DNA of 56,445 nt, the filler included, from Sphacelaria rigidula (Eukaryota), in the NCBI GenBank assembly GCA_964200075.2. It is 6 parts of 6 records of this genome, joined end to end, with 100 filler letters (N's around TTAATTAATTAA, not from the genome) between each part and the next. Parts side by side here need not be neighbours in the genome. Positions count along the whole stretch, not along the records: positions 1 to 9,325 come from CAXNAA020008741.1; positions 9,426 to 18,749 come from CAXNAA020008742.1; 4 more parts are not named here. One strand, given 5' to 3'. Position numbers and translations under genes: made by a program. Under the pieces are notes generated by a model, which was not told the origin of the DNA, made no database searches, and worked only from the letters and a program-made list of their open reading frames with translations. Shown here in pieces: positions 1-11,692 of this stretch (positions are counted from its first letter, which is position 1; each line of letters opens with the position of its first letter).

Positions 1-679
1 ACAAATACAATGAGCCCCTCCAATTTCGTCTCTTTCCTCCCCCCCCTCTCCCGGCGGGGGGGGGGGGGGGGGGGGGAACCCCGGTGCCGTGACATTTTGA
101 TGTGTGGCCCATTGTCAGAACTCGACGTCCACGAGGATTGACCACCCACAGGCTATTGGATTTGATGCTCAAATACCCGTTCATCGATCTCATGCAGCCT
201 TTTGCTTCAACGTGAGAACTACGGTTCGCTGGCCTGAACCTCCATCGCCTCCCCCCTATTTACAGTCCGTGATTTATCTGTCGCCATGTAGAGCGTAGAT
301 GTAGGGCGCGCACTGGATAGGTGAGGACACGGCCTTTCGAGTGATACCGCCAGTGTTGTGTCATAATCTAGTGTGGCGAGTCATCCACGGTTCTACGGAT
401 CTAGATACACAATCTGTTGGCAAAAGATCTACCTCGAAAGCAAGATGTCCCAGCCACTTGACCGACACGCAACTGGTGCACAGCGTGTATTATACCGACC
501 GTCCGTTGTCTGCAGTGAAACGGAGCAAATTGTTGGGCAGCAGCACACTCGGTCAGCGATAGTCTACGGCGTGACGGACAGATGAGATGGGTTCATGACT
601 TTTCTATGGATACTGGATATCGCTAGTCTTGCATGCCGTGTCGTTTTTGGCGAGCAATCCACGATCAAGCATCCCGTAG

Positions 680-3600
680 TGAATTTGAGAAGACCTTGGA
701 CTGTCTGCACCTCGCAGGCCCACGTTTCTTGGAAGGTATCTTCGTTGGGCAATTAGTTATCCCCCCCCCCCGAAGCAAGATCATGTGTACACCCCGAAGC
801 ACCGCTGCTAGTGAACTCAATTTTTCGTTCAACCGGGTAGACTCTATGGTGGGGCTTTAGTTGCAGTCACCATGGTTGTCTACTCGGTTTATCTTGATTG
901 GACTGCCGCCGTATCGTCCCCGTACTGATCGGCATTCTTTTTGCAACATGCCCCCCATGTTCAACGCATGCACATGTTGACTGCGTACTACTGCTACGCA
1001 TTTTCCCGCCGACATTTGTCATCATCAGGTCTCGAGCGGAGGGTCCGCGACTTGCTGACCGGCTATCGCGAGCTCAACGACTTGGCGGAGCGAGCCCCCC
1101 TGTACGTGGCGCGCGCTGCGTCAGACTACTCGAATGCTCTCGGCTGCAAGCCTTCAACTGCAGGGGACAACGGGGACGAGCAGGCGAGGGAACGGTACTG
1201 TATTTTGCGTGCTTTGGACCACAATATGTCCTGTTACCGTATCCAAAAGCAAGTTCAAAGCACCCTTTGGGTACCTACTGAAACCAGAATAACGGCATTG
1301 CCAGGTGAGCTGCAAGTACTCCAGCGGTCTATCTCATTTTCCTACTTTTCCATGCCGTACAGGACTGAGCAACCGCCTCTTTAGTCCAAATATAACGAGA
1401 AGCTCAGACCATACCGCGGAAACAACGGCGCAAAGTGAGATAAGAATCAAGTGCACGTCATGAACTCGGCCGGTGGTGGGCCCCGAGGCGTTCGAATTGT
1501 CGCCGTGATATCGGCGCTGGCGTTACTGCCAATGAGTATCAGCACACGTTGCATTGTTATGCACGAAGCAACAACCAAAAATGCTCACCCGATACAGTTA
1601 CGAAACCGCTATATGTGGGTGCTCGGTGAGCTGCAACTCCCATCCGCACCGTCGTACCCGTGTATGTCTCTTGAAACGAAGTAATCGCCTCCGTGAGGCA
1701 GAGCTGCTTTGTCTTGATTCACACGCCTGCGAGGTGGTTGCTAGGACCCGGGCGGTCAATTGGGCATGATGCATGCATGCGCTCTTGATATCTGCCCCGA
1801 AACGTTTGCGGAGATTTTTGGGGGCTATGTTGACACCCGCTGGGGTGGGTCGGCTATGAGGCGCCCGCGTAGCTCGTTCCGGCCGTGTATTTTTTAGGTG
1901 TTTGTATGGTCAGGTGTCGTTTCCTTTTGGTATGATTCAGGACAACTATCGTACATTGTTTTCCTGCGGTAATGTGCCAACACAATCCCCTCATTCCCAT
2001 CTCCGCCACCCCCCGTTCATCGGCCGTGCGCTCGTGGCCGTTTTGACGACACATGATCCAGCAGAAGGTCAGCATGGAGGCGATTCATCGCGAGCTCTTT
2101 TCGTTGAGAGAAGCAAAGATCGCGCTCGATAAAGCCGTGGTCCGCTTTCCGCCAGACTTGAACCCTTGGCCTGAAGTCAACCTCGCTGGAGTCTACGCTA
2201 GAGGCCTCCCCACCATCGCCGACTCCAGTCGTCGCGAATCCGCGAAGAAACGGTCAATGTTTTACCCTCAATCGGCTGCTGTGCCCACCGCGGGGCGTGG
2301 CCGCCAGGGCGCAGCTCACGAAAGGATTGCTAGGCGCCAAAACACAGCCGTCAGGGCGGGCGTGGGCGTGCCTGCTACTACTAATACGGGGCATTTGACA
2401 GGAAGATCGGAAGGAGGCGCAGCACTAGTGGCAGGCGGCAGTAGTGGGGCGAGGACCCGAAGACGGACGCCGCTTGCGGAAGTGCAGGAAGTGGACCCTG
2501 ACTTACCGCTGCCCTTGCCGGCGTTCCCGGGCTACGTGAATCATTTTGCTGGCGGCGGCAGTGAATGCGGGAATGCGGGGAAGGAAGGGGGTGGGGAGAC
2601 AGACCGACGGCGCGATCTCGTCACTGCCGCCGCCGGCGGTGGTGATGCGAGAAGGAGCTGTTCCGGTAATGTGCACGGTGATCGATCGAGCCGCGAAGAT
2701 CACGGGTACTTTCTGCCGGGCGCTGTTGCGCCGCGACAGCGTCAGGGCCACGGCCTCCCGCACGAGCTGCGTGCCATCTTCACCACTCCCAAGCCGGAGC
2801 AGTGGAAGGGCAACGCCGCGGCTGCCGCCCCTGCTACGAAGCGCCGCGGGCAGACACGACCAAAGCCGTCCAAAACGTTTGCTAGCCGTCCTGCCCCGCC
2901 GACACCGCCCCCGATGAACGCGGACTCGCCGCTAAAGCGTCGAGATTGGGACGAACAAGGGCATACACCCGCGGACGGGTCTGGCGACGGCGAGCGTGTT
3001 CGCTCCTCCCGCATCCGTCGCCGCGGGGTGTCAGGAGCGTGGGTGGGGCCGGGATCTGCCGCCGCCGCCGCCGCCGCGCGCGCGCACCGAAGGAATACCA
3101 GCAAAGCGGTCGAGGATCTCCGGAAGGAGATGCGTGAACGAGAGGACCGGCTGATGGTGGAGCTCGACCGCTTGAGAAAGGAGCGCGCGGAGCGCGCTGC
3201 GAGCGGTGCAGCTTCTGGCGTCGGTTATGGGTCGACGACCGACGGCCGGCGATCGATCGCCCAGCCCGCGACAGCGGTAAAACGTCGAGCTGGATTACTG
3301 GATCGCAAGCGCAAGCCCAGGCATTCTGCACTTTCTGCGTCGGCGCGGCGGTATAAGTCAGTGAACGTATACCTCGGCAAGAATCGCGTCGGTGGTGGTG
3401 GTGGTGGTGGTGGTGGCGGCGGTGCTGGTGGGCGTGCACGAGTCCTGGGTCGTACCACCGGCGTCGGTGGAGGTGATGCCCCGAGCGACAATCGTCGGAG
3501 CAGAGCTATCGGGGAGGATGATAACGGGACGCAGTCACGTCATGTCCGATCGGAGGCGGAGCCATCTCTTCGTGTACCTTTCGCAGGTGTCGCTCCCTCG

Positions 3601-6600
3601 TATAAGACTTGCGAGTCTGCCACCGTTGCCGTCTCCGCCGTAACGTCTTCGCACGAGCCGGGGCGTCCTGGACACGACCCAAAAGTTGCTGAGAGAAATA
3701 GAGCTGCAGTAGAAACGGCTGACTCTCAACCACAAACCGCCGCGGATATCGTAGAGGGGGTGCACATATATTTGCCGCCGGCCCCACCCACGCACTCCGA
3801 TGTCATTCGCGGAGGGGAACACAACTTTACGCTGCTGCAGACACCTCCAGCGAGTGGTCGTATGCAGAATCAAGGGGCCGATGAGGTGACGGTGGCGGCT
3901 ACAGCCGGCGGTTCTTCGGTGGCTGAGTCCTGGCGAAAGCGGGAAGGTGACCGCGGCGGCTATGCAGTACGGCAAGGGGATACTTATCCTGGTGTCGTTG
4001 CGGGGCAGAGAGAAATGATCCCGCCGCCACCGGTGGTGTTGGTAGAGGGGGAAGGGAGGAACGTAGCGTGGCGCCCGGCCGACGATGATCGGCTGTTGGC
4101 AACGTCGCGGCACAGTGTACCGGGGGCGGGGGGCGGCGGTAGTTCTTCGGCGGCGGGCCGTGGCGTGCAAAGCGAAGGTGGGGTATTGTTGAAATCTGTT
4201 TGCGAACGATAGGTGATGACGCGTGGTTTGTGCTTCGTCCACGAGAACGTATTCTACACGAACGATACGTCAATGTCCCACGTTCTGGTTCTGCGTTTAC
4301 TCCGTTACGCGGTTACAGTAGCGAATGTCTGTGCTTGCGAACTCTTATGCCGGAGTGTTGTAGTGTCCACCCCAACTGAGGTTTCGCCTGTTGGAGACAA
4401 ATCGATGGAGCACTATACTGTCGTGGTCTAGAGCTGTTGACGGCCTCTTGACAAGCGAGAAGTGAGGGCCGCTGACTGGCGCCCCAAGCTTCTTGAGTTC
4501 CTGCTAAAAAAATGGAGAAAAACTGTTGCCGAGGATGTCGAGAACCGTTCCGGATCCATTACCCACACTGTTGTGCATGTACCTGGGAAGTACCCATTCA
4601 CTAGCAACGACCTGTGCTTGTCCAACAGAACATACATACTAGGACATTATTCCGAACTCGTCACCCACGACTGACTCTTTGCATTATTGGTTGGTCACAG
4701 GACAAGAATCAGCTACGGTCGCGACGGAGGATCAACGGGACAGCAGCAACACAACCGGCGGCGATCGAGATCCTGGCAACCAAAAAACTACAAGCAAGGC
4801 GCCCAGCTTGCAAGCTGGCAACAGAACCAGCGTGGGATGCGGGGAGGCAAATGCCTTGATATCTGTAGCCGCCGCTCCCGATCTTCCCGGCGGACCGAAT
4901 ATTTCCGCGGGGCTGGATATTGCCACCGGGCCGAATGTGTTGGCAGTACCGACGATCGCCACACGACCGGATATCTCGACAAGACCGCGTATGCCCACCG
5001 GACCGGATCGTGTTGAAACGACACTAACGCAGTCTGCGTCGTTACTCAAAGCGAAGGATGGCCATGAAGACCGTTGGGTTGATGTCGCTGGGATGCTCGG
5101 ATTGTCCACTGAGGCGGCGGCAGGAGCGATTTCCTCCGACGAACCTTTCGCTGTCGCCGCCTCCGGGGAGGGGGTAGGAGGGGCGCAGGGTGGTGAGGAA
5201 CACGAACAAGGACAAGGGATGGAGGCGAGGGCGTCGGTGGCGGTTATGCCGCAGGTTTTGGAGCTGATGCGAGAGGTGGTGGGGCAACAAAGCGAATTGG
5301 GGGAAGAGAGGTCTGCATTGATGCAGGTGGGTGCGGAGTACTAGGTGCATCCTGCATGTTTGCTGTATATGCTGCATGTGCTGTATGTGATGTATTTTTA
5401 TTTTGGCACACTTCCGTCCCCTTCCCTTCTCCGCAGTGGTTCTGTGGTCTCATGATATCAATCTACCCTTCCCCCAGAACACGCCGTTGCCATTTGGTAT
5501 CGCCGATCGCGTCAGCACTCCCGCAACGTGTCGACTGTTTCCATAATATCTCATCCTCATGATTTTTTAATGCTAATCACGTTCTCAGTGCGAATGCGCG
5601 TTTCAATATTCCTGTTCGCATCTTGGTCGGCTCAGCTTGTATACGTTTCAACGACAACGATCAGATACTTTTCAGAACAAGTAAAATAATGCGTCCGTCT
5701 GCCGGCAATCGGAATCGTAATTTCTCTGATTCAATGGGTTCAGGTTCACGATTAGGCTACCGGGGCGCGGCGGCGGCATGCACCCCGAAAACACAGCGCC
5801 GTTTCGTGGTGTTCGGTTCGGCTCTGGGATAATGAGGTTGATCGGACGTCGTGAATGCGACAATGATGGTATGCTGTTTTGTTGGACTGCTAGTCTCCAT
5901 GCGCCAGTTTTTGAGGAGGGTGCTTCCTAAAGGAAACACCGCGCACGAGAGCAGTGGTGGTAGTGTTGGTGGATACAAATGTTTCACGGCTCGGACGAAT
6001 CATCGTCGGTTCGAATAACCAAATCCACGAATTCTCAGGCCTGATTGCTCGAAATAGAGAAAAAAAGTCGACCGCTCATCAAGAAGGTCTCCACGCAGCT
6101 TTTGCACCATTCCACGTGCCTGGGTTGCGCGTACCTGAGTTGCAACGCTGCAAACAAGGGCCAAGGATTGATTCATACGGGACGAATCAATCACACTAAG
6201 GTCAAGTAATTTCCAGACGAATCATCAATTCGTCCGACGCGTGAAATATTGGCGTCATATGTTGGAATATGCTGGAGGGATCTTTCGTGACGGTACGTAC
6301 TGCAGAAATGCGATCAACTGCCGGGTGGAGATTGTCTTGGTTAAAGCCCACAGCATGGCGTAGAATCTTCGGCGACGGTTGCGTGCTAGGGGAGGAAGAG
6401 CAGCAGGCGCGGCCGCCCAGTGTCGATTAGTAAGTGGAGAAGTGTTGCCGGGAGGAATTATAAGAGGCGCGTGTGTACTTCCGTATTGCTTTGGTCGTTT
6501 TTTCTCCCCTCCTACGCGGGTCCAGTTTGATCCATTGATTTTAGCGATTGATTGTCGCACATTCACTGGTCATTATCCACAACAGGGACCCAGCCGCGGT

Positions 6601-7345
6601 CATTGGATAGACGAACCCGAAACGGTTGACACAACACAAACGCTCGCCGAATAAAAATAAGCGGGAAAAAATTTATCAAGATGGCACAAACAAACGGAGT
6701 GAAATTGAGAAACGAAAATTCAGCCAGCGCTTTTCCATCTTTTGACTCAAGTACACCCATGTAGTGCACCTGACCAGATATGTTCCGGGGGAGTTGAAGT
6801 GAGACACCCAGGCAATAAACGGATCCATTGCACAATTTACGCCGTGTTCCGTACCGTTTGTTCTCTATCTACGAGTCCGGTCCGTTCCGGTCCGGTCCGA
6901 TTTGGTTTTGTTTTGCCTTCTGCCCTCAACATCTCCGTGTGCCATCTCTCTGTCTCTCATTGCCTCTATCGTTTCTCCCTAATTTCTCATGCTATGCCCC
7001 ACCCCTTCTCACTCGCTCTTTCGTATATCTCGATTTTGACCCTCTCTGGCATTTCTCCTTCTCTGTGGTTGTTGCCTTCTTGTTTTCTAAATCTAGGCCC
7101 TTCGCGCCGAGATGGAGAGTCGCCGCGCTCTGCTGGCCAACCAAGAGATTTCCTTGATTCGCCAGGAGGGTTCTTTGCGGGAGCGGGAGGCGCTTGTCTT
7201 TAGCAGACGAGAGGGGCCCGACCGAGAGAATGGAGGGATTGTGCGTAAGGACCAAGAGAAGGAGCAGCATGATAGTCACGGAGGACAGTCAGCGGTGGAG
7301 TCTGAAGATGGTGGGTCAAGAGGCAAGAGCAGCGAAAAAAACTGA
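680..7345 (+). CDS. Multi-exon gene, partial: large Gly/Arg/Ala-rich low-complexity protein with coiled-coil segments, function unknown. Exons approx. 680-735, 1029-1183, 2062/2065/2068-4177, 4701-5326, 7097-7310 (or to stop at 7345)
   Basis: Splice phases agree along the chain: GAAG|GTATC (735, phase 1) to TCAG|GT (1029); CAG|GCGAG (1183, phase 0) to phase-0 AG near 2061-2067; GAAG|GTGGG (4177, phase 1) to ACAG|GA (4701); CAG|GTGGG (5326, phase 0) to CTAG|GCC (7097). Includes the 719-aa ORF 2053-4212 and coiled-coil-like VEDLRKEMREREDRLMVELDRLRKER. The 5' and 3' ends are uncertain. Confidence 0.7.
5985..6243. mobile_element. Non-autonomous DNA transposon/MITE, about 260 bp (family C, copy 1), intronic
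   Basis: TIRs CACGGCTCGGACGAAT...ATTCGTCCGACGCGTG. A homologous copy lies in reverse orientation at 12491-12740. Confidence 0.7.
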
Positions 7346-7590
7346 CGCATGTGAAACCCCCGCCATAAAGTACCGTCGAGAAACGCTTGAAGGGCAATCG
7401 CTGTGCCGACAGCATCCCGTTAAGCTTGACCGTGATCATGGGGCTTGCCATGGATTTTGCTCAGTGTAGGTGTCCATTTCGATGCGCGCTTCGCTTCTCC
7501 TGCGCCGATATCTCCCTCAGATGGACCCAAGACGGGGTACAAGAACACTATGGAATACCTTGGTTGAACAGCAAAATTGTATTGGAATAC

Positions 7591-7830
7591 GTTGATTGAC
7601 TTGATTGATCGACTTGATTGGTTGTCGCACTTTCAGCCGTGGTGACATGATGGACGTACCCAAGGAAAACCAAGACTGAAATACTCGCTGGTTGAACAAT
7701 ATCCACAAATCCGGGGTTGGGAGCCGTGCCCACAGTGAGAAAAGAGTTGTTCAGCGACAGTACTGCGTGCAGCGTACTGGCGTTGAAGCTCAGCTGGTGA
7801 TGGTGTCCCGAAAATAGGTCTGGCGCCCAA
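7591..7830 (-). mobile_element. Retroposon 3' end with (AATC)n tail
   Basis: On the minus strand it ends ...CCACGGCTG..AAGTGCGACAA(C/T)CAATCAA, a terminus also seen on the plus strand near 49015-49085. The 5' boundary is approximate. Confidence 0.4.
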
Positions 7831-8199
7831 GGTGTTAATTTTTCCCCCTTTTTTTTATTGTCACACCTTCATCTCCATCTCTTCCTAGGGAAGAACCCGT
7901 AACCTCAAGAGATAAGCCCATATCTTCCCCGATACCTACACATGCCCGACGTCTTGATCTCGCGGGTTGGATCATGACCAGCCCTCCCGCGCACCCTGTC
8001 GACTCTCGTCAAATCTTCTGCGTTTCTCCCGTCTTCACGTGCTAACAACGGAAATGAGATATTTTAAGAGAGGAAAGGAGCCTTCGCCAGGATGCTAACC
8101 CTCAACTCCGCTCCAACCTGCTCGAAAATGTACCTTTTTAATTCAACCCCCCGGTGTGCTGCGGCATGGGGCTGAAATATCCTCAATAGTTTTCCATTG

Positions 8200-8240
8200 G
8201 GTATCGCGTAGATATTGGAACGGTTTTTTCATGTGAAGAC

Positions 8241-8272
<32 letters not shown>

Positions 8273-8278
8273 TAACAA
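8200..8278 (+). mobile_element. 3' stub of non-LTR retroposon with (CAA)n tail
   Basis: CGCGTAGATAT.GG.ACGGTTTT..CATGTGAAGACAACAACAAC matches the 3' end of the element at 23646-23973. Confidence 0.7.
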
Positions 8279-9021
8279 GGGGTCGTTGGCCTTAAAAACG
8301 ATCGGTCTTAGACCCTTTGACGGCGAGTATTTTGGGATCGTTGCATCTTTGCGTTCGCATTAAAATCAAGCAAAGTTCTTCTGTATTCGCATTGACATGC
8401 GTGCACTCGAAGTCACTGACTGTACTTCCCGACTGCAAAGGATGTGACAGGGCGTCCCTCGATGATACCCGTGCTTGTCAGTGGAGCTGTATCTGGTTGC
8501 AGTGTCGGGTGATGATGGTGTCCAGAGACGGCACTGTAGGCGAGAGGGTGTTGTATTGCTCCGACTCCAAGAGAAAAAAACGCAAATGCGACAGTATGAA
8601 CAAAAGTACTGTGATGAAGGGTTGAATAGGTGATTCACCGAGAGGCGGTATGGTCGCCGGTGATGACAGGAAAGGTCAGCCAGGCGAAGGCGGAAGCGGA
8701 GGGGGAGGGTGGGTTGCCATGATTGATGGAGGAGATAGATGAAGTGATTTCGCAGCAAAACACGACTACCGTCCGTCGAGGAGGTGTAATGGCGATGGGG
8801 ACGAGAAGCTTGCAAGGTCGGAAAGGGGAAATGCATGATTTTACCCCGAACAATACGTGCACGGCAAAAGGCGCCTTACATAAACTACACGTGCTGTCTG
8901 CAAGGAAATTACCCGGTGAGCGCTGAGACGGACCATTCGAGCGCACTTGAAACAGAATACCGCAGAATACGGTGTATGCTACTCGTACGTGGAATACCAC
9001 CCACCTCCTGACTATTGAATA

Positions 9022-9167
9022 ACACCCCCTGACGGCACGTCGCGCTTGGTGATTGATTGCGAGCCGGTCTGGTGAAAACCCGGCTTGCTCCGTCCCGGCT
9101 TTTTAGGGATGTGAGGTTAATGGTCTTACGACTACGGCACGCAAGTACCATGAGTCCCCCCCCCCCA
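9022..9167 (+). mobile_element. 5'-truncated LINE 3' end (long-loop subfamily) with C-rich tail
   Basis: TGCTCCGTCCCGGCTTTTTAGGGATGTGAGGTTAATGGTC...CATGAGTCCCCCCC; homologous to 14052-14222, 25652-25822 and 48535-48715. Confidence 0.7.
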
Positions 9168-9325
9168 AATGCCACCCCCGAGTGATGACTGCTCGGGTCC
9201 CAAAACATCATCAACCGGGCGTCGTATTTAAAGCATCCTACGGTGTGCGTGTAGACCAGATCGTGATCTCTCCCCCCCCCCCCCCCCCCGCCCCCCGCCC
9301 CGCACCCACCCCGGCCTATACACTT

Positions 9326-9425
9326 NNNNNNNNNNNNNNNNNNNNNNNNNNNNNNNNNNNNNNNNNNNNTTAATTAATTAANNNNNNNNNNNNNNNNNNN
9401 NNNNNNNNNNNNNNNNNNNNNNNNN
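9326..9425. other. Artificial 100-bp linker (N44-TTAATTAATTAA-N44, stops in all six frames)
   Basis: The same linker recurs at 18750-18849, 28174-28273, 37598-37697 and 47022-47121, an exact 9,424-bp spacing. Confidence 0.98.
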
Positions 9426-9539
9426 TGCCATAACATCCGGCCTAACTCCAAATATTGGCCGGCACATCCGCCTGCAAACGTTCATGCAGCCTCTAGGCTG
9501 GCCCAGCTCGTAGGGATACGAAGATTTCATCTCTCTGGG

Positions 9540-9797
9540 GAGCAATGCTACCGTAGGGGTGCACTTATTTCGCGAAATCATGTCTAGTTTAGAGGCTCCT
9601 AACGAATCTAGATGCGCAAAAATATGGGTCAGGGCATCCCCGTTTGCAAATTCATTCGGGATATCCCCAGCATATTGGAGTGTTGATCCTGGCGTACATT
9701 CACATACTGCCATAGGTCGTGTTTTGCAGGAGATAAAGGGCCCCATAACAGTTCCAATCTCAGAGAATATTTGTGCACCCCTACCGTAGCACCACTC
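9540..9797. mobile_element. Sola2-like MITE (family A, copy 1), 258 bp
   Basis: TIRs of about 25 bp GAGCAATGCTACCGTAGGGGTGCAC...GTGCACCCCTACCGTAGCACCACTC; 4-bp flanks TGGG/CGGG. Five copies in the window. Confidence 0.85.
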
Positions 9798-11692
9798 CGG
9801 GTTTTCATCCACGATGAAAGATCCATCCCGAATTTGTAAAATCCCGTGTTAATCCGTCATGGCGTCGAGAATTTTTCATCGGTTCCTCCCAAACACTCAG
9901 TCAGGGTACCCTACTGGGTATATGTGTTCCAAACGGCAACAAGCTGAGTAAGGCGAAACAGGTTGGTATCTCTCATCCTTCTCGTATCGGTGTTAGAAAC
10001 GCACCCGCGCCACGAAAAAATCGAGATTTCGGGACAGTTTTCCGAGAGCACTCTGTTGCCTTGGGGGTTTGCCACACACTACTGTATCCCCCAACTGCCG
10101 TCACCAGCCTGCGTTCGACGAACTGGCATCGTGTGAACACTAGCAAGTCAACGTACCCGCATTGTTGCAGAGGAATTCTCCTTGCGCAAACCTATCACAC
10201 GGGATAAAACGCTAAGGTCCGCTTTGAAGATTGAGGTCGCCCCGAAGAGCTACGACCCAAAGGCATAGATTTACGGGACAGCGGGGATATAAACATATGT
10301 ATATACTTTAAAGTATACAGCTGCGCACGAGCGGCACGGTGAGCAGCAGATACTGGCGCATCCTGCTGATCTTGATCGTATCGGGTTGAATAATGATTGT
10401 GTCGCGTAGATTCACCACTACTGCACCCATCCAACATCGCGCGTAAAAGAAACTACCCCGGCAAATTGTCCCGTTACTTGGCGATTTGTAGAACGTGTTC
10501 ACGCCCATACAGCAACAAGCTACTTGTAGCCTCAAGGCTATCCATCATGATTCTACCTTGGGCGCGCCATCGTTTGTCATCATAAGGACACTACTCACGC
10601 GCTAAATAATACACCAGTCGTGATAGTCACAACGAGCGGCAACTGTCAAAAGCCAAAGTCATGGAACAGTACATGCAGGCGATGTGTATGTATACAGGAG
10701 GACTCTGAAGTTGAGACACCGCTACATGAAAACCATTCCAACATTACCGGATCACAGACAAAAAAATACCCAATACTACTTCGATTGCATTGCCTGACAC
10801 AACAACTGTCATCTGGTTGCATGGGTTCTTGACCGAGGAGTTCGTTGTATAGATGCAACTAAACTACTTGTTTCCCGTTCATGCTGCAGCTTGAGTCATC
10901 CACAACACGCCAGAACAAAAGCGAGCAGGATCTCTGTCAATAATCTCATTCCACGAGTACAACTAGGTACACATCAACTGTACAGCCCGCGACTTGTAGA
11001 TGCGACCAGCCGAGAGTTTCTTCGAAAAAGTCCGCGTGAATACACAAACCAGTGAGCTACTGCGATCATTGTACAATTCATTCCTCGGGTGTATTCAACT
11101 GCACTTCGCTTGAGTTGTGCTTGCCCGAATAAAAAATACGGTCGAAGTCAAATCACCACGATTCACGACCTCACCCACCAAGATATGAAAGGGAAGGGGA
11201 CCAGATGAAAAAAATAATAATAATAGAATAGCGAAACGCGTACATTCAAGGGGCATCAAAGACGAGAGGGGGGAAGTGTGCCCTACCCGCGGCAATTGCC
11301 ACATGATAAAACGGCGCCCAAGGCTACCTCCGAGTAACAGTATAAATATTCATCTTCGAAGGGAAGACAAATTCTACAAAATTATATTTCATTCACGTAG
11401 AACCAAAAGGCACAAAGCTTCCAGACAACACAACACGGGGCAACAACAGCGTAAACAGCTCGAGACAGGATACACAATCGCCAACAACAACACGGCTCAG
11501 CTGTAGCAACCCACAACACGCTAACGTGAATGACTTGGGTGACGGGAGGGGCAAAGGGAAGGGGGGGGAGGGGGGGGGACTACATGTGGGTCACACGTTC
11601 CAACAATGTCTGTAACAAACGACCCGTCCTTGACTCTGACAGCAGCTGAAAAAAAGTAGAACAACACAATATAGGGGAATAAACCAAGGGAA

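Noticed and set aside
2503..4273. Multiple overlapping and antisense ORFs over the large exon
   Set aside because: Expected shadows of a GC-rich coding exon.
6563..6630. Minus-strand peptide RVRLSNDRGWVPV resembling the SH3-like motif of the PH gene
   Set aside because: Short, no in-phase splice acceptor, lies antisense in another gene's intron and in a different block; likely chance.
8440..8830. Further exon(s) of the block-1 gene
   Set aside because: Several phase-compatible acceptors give short frames, but none has a good pyrimidine tract or recognisable protein; I cannot choose among them.
9370..9381. TTAATTAATTAA as a piggyBac TTAA target or regulatory motif
   Set aside because: It is the centre of a synthetic six-frame stop linker embedded in Ns.
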